A DNA stretch of 64,000 nucleotides from Balanoglossus misakiensis (lineage: Eukaryota; Animalia; Hemichordata), in contig CM082585.2 in the NCBI GenBank assembly GCA_040954595.2, forward strand, positions 6,721,808-6,785,807. Reading direction: 5' to 3'. Made by a program: the position numbers and the translations under genes. This document shows positions 14,666-25,666 of this stretch, in pieces. How positions within the stretch are numbered: the first letter of the stretch is position 1; each line of letters starts with the position of its first letter. The notes under the pieces were generated by a model, which worked only from the letters and a program-made list of their open reading frames with translations, was not told the DNA's origin and searched no databases.

Positions 14666-15151
14666 ATCCTGTCATGAAAATAATATTACATACATGTATC
14701 ATGTATATGTACTGTGATGAAAGTCATTTCAGTGATCGTTCGTGATGCTGGAGTGAGGAGGGAGGGGGGGGGGACAGAACGCCTTCAGTACCAAGCATGG
14801 TACACATATTGTTGTCATCAATAAAATATTTCAAATCTACTCCCCGTGCATTGAAATTCTCACCATTAAGCCATTACTTGTATTTGCATCAGTTTGACAT
14901 CTCTTGGCGACCCATACCACGATAGCTGCGTACTGCACCGAGGGTACGGGAGCTGCAGTCTCTCCTAGCGCAGCCAGCGGTGGGAATTGGGCAGGGAACC
15001 ACACTAACCGATGGGCTGAATGGAATATGCGCTAGCGCCGATTGGGGGCGCAGACTCGCGCTTTCTTACCCTCGACATAGCTTCATGGATTATCAAGTCA
15101 CTTGTACTGCCCATGGTGGCCTCCGTACCTCTCCAAAACCGAAACAAACAA

Positions 15152-15198
15152 ACACACACGCACACACGCACACGCACACACACACACACACACACACA
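15152..15198. repeat. (CA)n / (CACG) microsatellite
   Basis: Direct read. Confidence 0.9.
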
Positions 15199-15505
15199 AA
15201 TAAACATGTTAGTAATCGTGTGCGACGACGGATGACGGATGTCTAGTTGTGGAGTCCGTCAATATTCACCTGGAATCAATGTTAATTCACAGCTGATCAT
15301 CGGGGTATCCTTTGTGACCAAATTTACGCGGTACGGATAATGTCTTACGTTACAATATCTTTGATTAAAAGTCTCAGTAGGGTGCCCATTTTACTATATT
15401 GTAGTAAGAATTTCAATGTTTTTAAGTCGAATCATAACACTTTTTATTCAGAAAATGACGATTTTAACTATGTTATGATTATCCGTTTACTTTTTATCAT
15501 TTTGT

Positions 15506-15569
15506 GTACAGCGCTTTGAGATGTATTTATATGGAAAGTGTTTTTTACAGAAATAAATATTATTATTAT
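15506..15569 (+). mobile_element. Probable 3' tail of an L2/CR1-type LINE or SINE
   Basis: gtacagcgctttgag...aaataaatattattattat resembles the stem-loop plus (ATT)n tail of such elements; short, recognised by pattern only. Confidence 0.35.
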
Positions 15570-16158
15570 GACGGCTGAACAGGCTCGTTATAGGACATAC
15601 GGTTAGCTGGAAAAGCGTACGATGTCTGGTAGGTCATGATTTTCCCACTTTTTGTTTATTGACTTTTATCAGTTCAATTGTCAATTTTCCATGCAGTTCT
15701 ATATATATTGTCATGGAAATACTAGGTCAATGCCCTACACAACACTCTGATCTATGGAAATCCAATTTTCCCCTGATTCTCAGACCGAGAAATCCTACAG
15801 CAAGAGAAACCGCCAATCACTTAGGCTCGTCCAGGGTTACCCAGCAGAGGAGTCTGGGTAACCGTGACCTAGCTTACTACAACGATATGAAGTAATCCGC
15901 GAACGAGGTTGGAAGGCGTGACTAATCTTGGTATGCAAGCTCAGATAAAAATGGCTCCTCGCTAGGAAGACATGTCGTGTAAAGACTTCGCCGACTAAGT
16001 CGTGTTTTTTTATTATTTATTTGGCGTGATAGTCGTGGCAGACGCTATTATTAGCACCATCGTTCGTTCGTAACATTCTCCTATTTTTTCGGAGAGCAGA
16101 AACCTTGGCTATGCCACGCAGAGCTAGACATTGGCGGGCGGGGGCTGAGATGTAGCAA

Positions 16159-16600
16159 AACTCGGCGTTTTCTACTGGGACAGTTGTACTCTGGGCACCG
16201 TACTCCTCACGGGATCTGATTCACTCAGATCAGTACACGTCCTAGTGGTTAATGCCGCATCAGTTCCATAAGGGGTGACAATTTTAGACATGATAGGTTA
16301 TTTTGTCTCATGTGACATAGTACACGGCATGGCATTTTATTGAAATTGGGCATGAATTGTTTGTTAGCGTGGGACAGAACTCGGCGTTTTCTACTGGGAC
16401 AGTTGTACTCTGGGCACCGTACTCCTCACGGGATCTGATTCACTCAGATCAGTACACGTCCTAGTGTTAATGCCGCATCAGTTCCATAAGGGGTGACCAT
16501 TTTAGACATGATAGGTTATTTTGTCTCATGTGACATAGTACCACGGCATGGCATTTTACTGAGGTTGGGCATGGATTGTTTGTAATCGTGGGACAGGACT
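16159..16600. repeat. Two-copy tandem repeat, 219-bp unit
   Basis: AACTCGGCGTTTTCTACTGGGACAG... starts at 16159 and again at 16378. The copies are near-identical; each contains a GATCTGA-ttcac-TCAGATC hairpin. Confidence 0.95.
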
Positions 16601-16679
16601 GGGTCAGGTCAAAAAAAATTGCAATACTTATTTTATGAAGTACATGGCGAGGGATGAGCTTTACATTTTATTTAATACA

Positions 16680-17970
16680 TGTATAGTGCAGAACTTGGGG
16701 GCATAAACATTTTATTGTCAAAGTACAAAACTAGGTGAGGGTATGACATTTTATTTTGAAATAGAACTAGGGGAGGGTATGACAGATAATTGTCAAAGTA
16801 CAGAACAAAGGGAGGGCTTGACATAATGCCAGTCCTTTTTCAGATCTAGGGGAGGGGTGGGCATGGCATATTGTCAGTCATAATACACATCTGGGGGAGC
16901 ATGGCATATTTTTTTTATTCAAAGTATAGAACTAGGGGAGGGCTTGACATTTTATTGTCAGTCATATAACAACCAGGGGGAGAGGGGGACATGACATATT
17001 GTCAGTCATAATACACATCTTTGGGAGAGCATGATATATTTATTCAAAGTATAGAACTAGGGGAGGGCTTGACATTTTATTGTCAGTCATGATACACATC
17101 TTGGGGAGAGCATGATATATTTATTCAAAGTATAGAACTAGGGGAGGGCTTGATATTTTATTGTCAGTCATATAACAACCAAGGGGAGAGGGGGACATGA
17201 CATATTGTCAGTCATGATACACATCTTGGGGAGAGCATGATATATTTATTCAAAGTATAGAACTAGGGGAGGGCTTGACATTTTATTGTCAGTCATATAA
17301 CAACAAAGGGGAGAGGGGGACATGACATATTGTCAGTCATAATACACATCTTGGGGAGAGCATGATATATTTATTCAAAGTATAGAACTAGGGGAGGGCT
17401 TGACATTTTATTGTCAGTCATATAACAACCAAGGGGAGAGGGGGACATGAGATATTGTCAGTTATAATACACATCTTGGGGAGAGCATGATATATTTATT
17501 CAAAGTATAGAACTAGGGGAGGGCTTGACATTTTATTGTCAGTCATATAACAACAAAGGGGAGAGGGGGACATGACATATTGTCAGTCATAATACACATC
17601 TTGGGGAGAGCATGATATATTTATTCAAAGTATAGAACTAGGGGAGGGCTTGACATTTTATTGTCAGTCATATAACAACCAAGGGGAGAGGGGGACATGA
17701 GATATTGTCAGTCATGATACACATCTTGGGGAGAGCATGATATATTTATTCAAAGTATAGAACTAGGGGAGGGCTTGACATTTTATTGTCAGTCATGATA
17801 CACATCTTGGGGAGAGCATGATATATTTATTCAAAGTATAGAACTAGGGGAGGGCTTGACATTTTATTGTCACTCATATAACAACCAAGGGGAGAGGGGG
17901 ACATGAGATATTGTCAGTTATAATACACATCTTGGGGAGAGCATGATATATTTATGCAAAGTATAGAACC
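16680..17970. repeat. G-rich minisatellite: 125-bp unit built from three related ~40-bp subunits, with a 250-bp higher-order period
   Basis: TATAGAACTAGGGGAGGGCTTGA recurs at 17131, 17256, 17381, 17506, 17631 and 17756. Alternate units carry aacaaCCaagggg or aacaaCAaagggg. Two units lack one subunit (~81 bp). Degenerate ~40-bp monomers lie at 16680-16920. Confidence 0.95.
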
Positions 17971-18233
17971 GGGGTAGAAAATAAACAGCTCACTGATGAT
18001 TACTCGGTTTTTAATTAAACTAGAAGTGAAGCTTTATGACAGGATGTAGATGGAATGCGAATTGCTTAATTTGGGAATTAGCATTCTCAAGTTCGTATAA
18101 AATAAATACTGAGTCACTAATTGTTCGCTGGAGTTTATGATAGTCGGAAGCAGTTGTGCAAACATTTCACAAATACTTTTACAAAGATGCCGCAAGAAAA
18201 CTGTGCATGTTTTCAAAGAGTCACATAATTGCA

Positions 18234-20410
18234 CCCCGACTTTTGATTGTTCTGCGCTAATCGGTATCAATTAACACCAAATGTCCCAACTACGGAATTA
18301 TTCAATAGACAGCGTTTTTCGCTGAACAAGACAACTTCGACCCGATCAGACGTGAATTTGTGTTGCTCCGAGTCCATGCCCAAAACAAAATATTGATTAC
18401 GTTTTCACTGATGTAAAAATAAACCACACACAACCATACACATGTATTTAATATATTTATTTAAAAACCTATGAACTAAGTAAAAAAGAACTTAACAAAA
18501 ACACAATAAAATTAAAAGTCAAATAAAGTCATGAAAAATAAAAGTAAAAACAAAACAGCTGAATGATTCCTCGCCCTGACTACTCTACCCTAACCCTAAC
18601 AAAAACACAATAAAATTAAAAGTCATGAAAAATAAAAACAAAACATCTCAACCCAAACGCTGACTACTCTAATCCCCCCCTTGAAATTTATTTTTTAATT
18701 CTGCCATCACCTTCTCTGCCAATTTCTTCTTCTGGCTGTTTTTGGCTTTTTCGGTCAGGTAGTCGTGGAAAGTGTTCTTGATCCCAGTCGGCACAAAGTT
18801 CTTCGGCCACAGCCCGTCTTTTTTTCCGCTGCGGATCAGTTCTTCTATAACGACACGTTTCCCTGAACAAAACAATCACAAACTGAGAGTCGGTTAATCT
18901 ATAATGTAATCTTTTGCCGCGATGTGTGAACACAGTGAATATTCTGGTCCCAGTCCAGAAAATTTAAAATAACGTCCAAATGATTGGTCAACCGTAATTC
19001 ATGTTTATAGTCAAAATAGTCCTACCTGAGTACCCTTTTTTCTTCTCAATCATAAAAAAATGAAAGTAGGCGTTTTGGGCCGGCGTCAACTTTCCGCTCA
19101 CGCTGGAGACGTAGTGTCTTTCCAGGCGGTCCTTCAGGTCGTCATCCTCGAGATCGTCCAGTGTGTTTGGCACCTTGGGTGGTGCCGACGTAGAAGGCAT
19201 GATCGATCTGAACACATTGGTAAACTTTTTCTTCTTCGGGGGCTCTGGTATGTCGTCGTCGCTGCCTTCCGGCGCTGCCGCAGCCCGTTTTGTAGCCAGG
19301 GCGTCGTTCAATGAACGAAATTGTTCCTTCATTGTCCCCGACTTTTGATTGTTCTGCGCTAATCGGTATCAATTAACACCAAATGTCCCAACCACGGAAT
19401 TATTTAATAGACAGCGTTTTTCGCTGAACAAGACAACTTCGACCCGATCAGACGTGAATTTGTGTTGCTCCGAGTCCGTGCCCAAAACAAAATATTGATT
19501 ACGTTTTCACTGATGTAAAAATAAACCACACGCAACCATACACATGTATTTAATATATTTATTTAAAAACCTATGAACTAAGTAAAAAAGAACTTAACAA
19601 AAACACAATAAAATTAAAAGTCAAATAAAGTCATGAAAAATAAAAGTAAAAACAAAACAGCTCAATGATTCCTCGCCCTGACTACTCTACCCTAACCCTA
19701 ACAAAAACACAATAAAATTAAAAGTCATGAAAAATAAAAAAAAAAACATCTCAAACCTAACGCTGACTACTCTAATCTTGAAATGTATTTTTTAATTCCG
19801 CCATCACCTTCTCTGCCAATTTCTTCTTTTGGCTGTTTTTTGCCTTTTAGATCAGGTAGTCTTGGAAGGTGTTCTTGATCCCACTGGGCACGAAGTTTTT
19901 CGGCCACAGCCCGTCTTTTTTTCCGCTGCGGATTAGCTCGTCGACTACGACATGTTTCCCTGAACAAAACAATCAGAAACTGAGAGTCGGTTAATCTATA
20001 ATGTAATCTTTTGCCGCAATGTGTGAACACAGTGAATATTCTGGTCCCAGTCCAGAAAATTTAAAATAACGTCCAAATGATTGGTCAACCGTAATTCATG
20101 TTTATAGTCAAAATAGTCCTACCTGAATAGCCTTTGTTCTTGTCGAGCATGAAATAATGAAAATATGCATTTTGTGCTGGGGTCAATTTTCCTCCGCCGA
20201 CGGTGGAGACATAATGCCTTTCCAGGCGGTCCTTTAATTCTTCATCGCTGATGTCTTCCAATGTGTTCGGCACCTTGGGTGGTGCCGACGTTGAAGGCAT
20301 GATCGATCTAAACACATTAACTAGCTTCTTCTTTTTGGGCGGCTCCGGTAAGTCCTCGTCGTCGTCATCGTCACCGCTTACCGGCGCTACCTGAGGCTGA
20401 GCCCGTTTTG
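18234..20410. repeat. ~1.1-kb tandem segmental duplication (18234-19335 and 19336-~20410)
   Basis: CCCCGACTTTTGATTGTTCTGCGC... begins at both 18234 and 19336. The 3' flank, exon 3, intron and part of exon 2 are duplicated in order. Confidence 0.93.
18669..19332 (-). CDS. Uncharacterised spliced gene, copy B (5'-truncated duplicate with intact C-terminus)
   Basis: Exon 19332-19026 (MKEQF...PEPPKKKKFTNVFRSIMPSTSAPPKVPNTL...KKKGYS G|GTAGGA); 163-nt GT-AG intron 19025-18863; exon 18862-18669 (GKRVVIEELIRSGKKDGLWPKNFVPTGIKNTFHDYLTEKAKNSQKKKLAEKVMAELKNKFQGGD*). Phases match. An excess of synonymous differences from copy A supports real coding constraint. The ATG sits 3 nt from the duplication junction, so expression is uncertain. 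Confidence 0.6.
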
Positions 20411-20666
20411 GTGCCTGGTACTGAACCATAACCTCCATTTTGTCCATTTTCTCTTCGATTCTTTTCAATCTTTCGTTCATCTCTTTTAAGGTTTCCAACG
20501 TAAAATCTTTGAGTACTTCAAACGACGTGCTCATTTCCATTTGAAATTCCTCCAAGTCTTCTTGGTGAGCCTGAAATCAAAAATATATACCACCAAAATT
20601 AAAAAGTAACCTTCACAGAAAAAAAAATATCAATGATATAACATTATTAATTTGTTTACTCACCAT
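19772..20666 (-). pseudogene. Uncharacterised spliced gene, copy A (complete 5' end, premature stop in last exon)
   Basis: ATG|GTGAGT exon at 20666-20664; acceptor ttttgatttcAG; exon 20570-20123 (AHQEDLEEFQMEM...coiled coil...DDDDDED LPEPPKKKK...NKGYS G); 163-nt intron 20122-19960; exon 19959-19772. A TAA at 19849-19847 replaces the GAA of copy B and removes the last ~25 codons. It could still make a slightly truncated protein. Confidence 0.6.
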
Positions 20667-22145
20667 TGTAAGAAGGGATAAAACTGGAATAATTCTGAAA
20701 TCTGAAATGGGAAAAACGGTAGTATTCAACAATTAATCTCTTTAAGTCTACACAAAATGTAGTAAAATTTCGTTAACTCGAAAGTTGGCGCTGAAGAAAT
20801 TCACACGTCATCATATCAGAGTTAAGTACACAGTTAACTAATTTTAACTCCTCGTGATTCTGAAGTCTTTCACGTCGCATCAAATGAGCATCTATGTACT
20901 GTAAAATGGGAAATTCAGGCGAACGATAAACTAAGCGACAGCCAAATAAATGCAAAAATCAAAGATTGCGTATTTTTCGGTGATGACGAATCGTGCCTGG
21001 TTTACATACGAGCAGAAAACTTCAAATGGTCAACAAAATACAACAATCGATATTGTAATAAGATGTAAGTCTTTACCTTCAATACATCGACACGCACAGC
21101 AGAACTGATGAACGCAAACTAAGTCTCAACTTGAAAAGCGTGGGCACTGCATGGTGCAAATTTGCATGACAAAGCCACAATATCCATGTCAGGAAACCCC
21201 TGATCACAGGTGTACGATTCATAATAGGGTAATTGATCATTATCAGTTAGAAACTAAGAGCATCTTTCCAACTTGTGGAAACCCAAAACGAAAGGAAATA
21301 AAAAAAAACAACTTATTACTACCCCTTTATTTTGTAAATCCTCAACCGAAGAATTCACGAAAGCGTCAGCATTCTGTAACAATACCTGTTTAATGTATCC
21401 CTCTCATTGTCATTCAAATCAACCCCTCCCACAGCAGCCTATAGTCTGTAGTTTGCTCATGAGTGTAAACGTTCCACGACACGTTTCTATATCATTCGAT
21501 ATCTACTGAAGATTCCATAAAAAAACAACCCTCACTTAATGTTCCGTTTCATAAAATTAACGACGCTTGTTTTGTACATTGGACTACTATGATTGGTCAT
21601 TATTTTTGGCTCGATCAGGCTTTGTTGATTAAAAGTCAGCAAGTTCTATTTAGATAAACTTACAGGTAGTTGCACAGCTATATCTTGAAAATAGCGCCAA
21701 GGACATTGTATTTATTTTTGGATTTTTCATTAAGTTGCAAGTTATTTTTGTCAAAATGAAATGACTCGTGGAAAGTGCAGACTATGCCCTGTACTCTGGA
21801 AAATAGTGCCAAGGACACTGTGGTCTCATTCATGTAGGACTAAACATACATGTAATATCAGACATATTTTGCTTTCACTGGTAAATTTACTAACAAGCTT
21901 TTCCGTAACGTGTTGGTGTCCGGCGGCCATCAATGGCAATTTTAAGTGTAATATTGCCAAATCCCCATGGCATCACTCACTCACTTCCTTGACATATTTT
22001 GACAGAGAATATATGTGTTTATCTCGGAGCTAAAGGTAGACCGAAATAGCACACCTCTGCCGTACGTCACCCCATAAAATGAAATAAAAACACCAGCGCA
22101 CGTCAGTATTCTGTGAGCGTGAACAAGTCACAGAAGAGGACGAGC

Positions 22146-25100
22146 ATGATGATCGCTGTAAGATTAATCCTATGTTTGCTCTGCCAGGTATGTTGTGTTA
22201 CATTTCCAACATTGTAGAGTATCCATCCAAGTTTTTACTTCGAACACTGAAATCGGATATGGGACTATTTTGTGTTGTCGAGAAACACTCATGCCAATTG
22301 AGAGTTAATGTTTCTCCTAAAAAAAGAGATTCCAAGCAGTTTAACTTCGAGATAAAGTCAAAGGCTTCTCATTCTGCTGTTTTAGTTTTCGTTACAGACT
22401 GAGCTAGGATTGTACAAAGGACTAGCTTTTTCTAAAAGTAAGATGTTATTGATATTTATTGTGTAATTGCGAAAGCTGATTTGTGACAATTCTTTATTTG
22501 GGAAATCTTAATGCCACATTTAAAATTTTTCGCTCATTTTTCCGTACCGCCTTAATATACCAAGTGGACATAATGCTCCACTGTCGAAAGATATTGATCA
22601 AAGTTTGAGAAAACGTGGGAAACATTTTGACAGTTAATTCTTTTTTATTTAAAAAAAAGATGATGATAAGTTGCCTAATGCGTTGAAAGGGTTGATCTAT
22701 GTTTACTTGACCAACCATATGTCCATAAGTACAAGTATCAATTGGCTAGAAAATATTCTGCTCTAACAGTAAGACTGCTGTAAAGAGGCGGTGCAGGTTG
22801 GTGGGCCCTAGATTGTGGTGTCGACTGTTGAATTAGTGTAGAGTCACTATTTCTGGATTTTTCCATTAACATGGAACGATAAAAGTGCAACTATCTGAAA
22901 AAATTCAATTATGATGGTGGGAAAACAGGGTAGTCATGTCGTGAAAAATACAATTAGGTCGGTAAATAACCAGCAATTTTGTTACTTGGGACACAATATC
23001 GTGCTCAAATTAACCTAAAAATAAATTCACGAAGTGTATTGATATATGCATATTTTGGGATGGTGCACGATAATATTAAATTTTGCATAACAATTTCTTT
23101 CAAAATGAAAGGGTTAATTCACATCTAAGATGTAAATCTGTAGAATGTATGCCGTATATGATGTACACAAAGTTAAACCGCCAATTATGTGATGTAGGAA
23201 TACGATTTTCTCTCAGTACATTGGTCCATCATGTTATAATCATCCCGTCTCTGCTCGGGGTATCTGTGACACCATTATCCAACATGAACCTAAGGGGAAT
23301 TTACGATTGGTGTCTCTTTTTTAGTTACTCTGTAAATGTATCGCGCCCTCTTGATTGTGACATGCAAGGCGCGTAATGGTACATTCTGTTTCGTGCGTAA
23401 ATTTCAAAATATAAAGTGACACGGTTTCATTTCTATGCCTTTATAGACAGCAATCAACGGTATTGCACTGAATCATCGCCGATCCGACGGTGAGTTGAAA
23501 TGATAATTGTCTACAGGTAACATGCAACAGGGAATATTTGGGACTGACGATATACAATTACGGCAGCCCTGTTATTTTTGTGCATGGATGCCAACCTCCT
23601 GCCAATGCATTTGCTGAATTTACTGATGTGATGTGATTTCACACCCATGATTTTGTTTGAAAATATATAGACGTGATTGCAATTACGCATATCATGCACG
23701 GAGAAAAGTAGAATACCCTTTCCTTGTTATATGTGACCAGTATGCAAATTGAATTCCATATGGTACACTCTAGGATGGGCTGGTTTTTGTCATCCCAGAG
23801 AAATCAAAATGGAGTTGAATCCCCAAGTTCAAAATGAGGGTTTTCGGAATGACTTGTAAACCGTGATTTTTTTTCTGCTCCAAAGTGGTGTAGTCCCTTC
23901 CACCCGAAACACGGCTGGCCAATTATGGAAGATGCGAGAATCTGGTGTCCCAAATGTGTATTCAGATCTAAAGGCTCCTTGTCTGTTGCAGAATGCTCGG
24001 GTACGAATTATCTGCATGCCCAGAAAGGACAGACGGTGACCATCTCGTCGCGGAATCACCCGTACGACTACAGCAACAGCAACGACTGCGTGTGGGTGAT
24101 CAGCACTGACCTCGGCGGGAGGCTGCGCACTCACTTCACGTCCTTTATAACGGAAAGTGGCTACGATTATTTGTCGATCGGCGAGGGATCAGACCCCGAC
24201 GACAAAGACTCCGAAGCGAAGAAATTATCTGGCAACACTTTGCCTACCGATTGGCTGTCTGAGGCGTCGCCCATCTGGGTGAAGTGGCATGCTGACGCTT
24301 CGGTGACAAAGCCAGGATGGAGTCTTGAAATCAGTGGAGTTGCCGGAGGTAAGGTATCTACCGCGATTGGTGGTGAGATAACTTGAGAGATGCACACCTT
24401 ACCGGCTCAATATGCTGAATGTTTACTTTGTCATTATAGTAAAAATGCTAGTTTTGATGTCGAAGGAGATGTTAATTTCTGGGAGACCCACTTTCTTGAA
24501 TGATATACTAATATAGTATGATATAAAACTAAAAATATGACTTCTTCAGAAAGAAATTCGGTATTTTTTAATGATTCTGTTACAGCCTGTGTAGGCACGA
24601 ACTTTTTAAGCGTAGAAGCGGGTCAAACAATCTTCATTTCGTCGCCCGACTATCCAAGCCAGTACAACAACAACGAAGACTGTCAGTGGGTGATCAGTTC
24701 TGACGTCGCCGGCATTCTGCAGACTGTCTTCACGGCTTTTGATACGGAGAGTGGTTACGACGAGGTGGCCATTGGATCTGGCAGCGATCCCAGTGATGCA
24801 GACTCAGAGGTTGTGAGAGCGTCCGGTTCGACCAAACCCGCGGACTGGTGGTCTGAGGGGTCTCCAATATGGGTCAAGTGGCATTCGGACGGTTCGGTGA
24901 CGAAAACCGGATGGCAGCTTGCGATTACCGCACATGACAGCCGTAAGGACATTCTTCTTCTCGGGCTGCATGTAAAATTGTGGGGTGGGGGTAGACTCCA
25001 TAAAAGTCGTCCCATGCACTGAATGAAGGAGAATAGCATCACATTGTGAGAGGCCCTTCATCTCGCATGTCGTGGATTTTAAAGACCGACCTCTAAGATT

Positions 25101-25666
25101 TTGGATTAGGTGAAACCGTACTTCTACCATTATTTAATAAATTGCATTTCCTAACAGAGGGAATAATGGCCACATGCACGCACACTTCTAAAAGCCTGTT
25201 TTTTTAAACAACCCGTTTGCGCTATCCGCGATCAGATAGGCGCACATCATGTGCATGTAACTATGTAAAGCTTGTGACAGAAATATGCGTTTCTGTGCAT
25301 TTTACTATGACAGGTTGCTCGGGCACGAAACACGTACACGTAGCGCAGGGTCAATCCTTCTTCATGACGTCACCAAACTACCCCAGCAACTACGAAAATA
25401 ACGAAGACTGCGTCTGGTTGATCAGCACTGACATGGTCCACACTCTGCAGACTCACTTCACAGACTTCAACACCGAGAGAAATTACGACGTGATTGCGAT
25501 TGGGTGGGGCCACGATCCCAGCGACACCACCTCGGAGGTGATCAGGGAATCTGGCACGGTCGCCGTGGGTGATTGGCAATCGCCGGGGTTTCAGATGTGG
25601 GTCAAGTGGCACTCGGATGTATCGGTCACCCGTAAAGGCTGGAGCCTGACCATCACTCAGACTTAG
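22146..25666 (+). CDS. Secreted protein with three tandem CUB domains, 5 exons, 383 aa
   Basis: Exons 22146-22187 (MMIAVRLILCLLCQ|GT, phase 0), 23447-23489 (TAINGIALNHRRSD, phase 1), 23992-24348, 24586-24942 and 25314-25666 (one CUB each, all phase 1). CUB motifs: C.G, S(P)xYPxxYxNxxDCxWxI, FxTExxYD, WVKWHSDxSVTxxGW. AATAAA near 26010. Confidence 0.88.

Noticed and set aside
16680-17970. CRISPR-like repeat-spacer reading of the alternating subunits
   Set aside because: The intervening segments are themselves repeated and related to each other; this is a hierarchical tandem repeat.
18585-18600. Telomere-like CCCTAACCCTAAC (also at ~19690)
   Set aside because: Only two units, present twice because of the segmental duplication; not significant.
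18688-20030. Duplicated ORFs MFTH(R/C)GKRLHYRLTDSQF... (18688-18933, 19767-20030)
   Set aside because: They begin inside the 163-nt intron and read exon 3 in the wrong frame; the synonymous substitution pattern supports the GKRVVIEEL frame.
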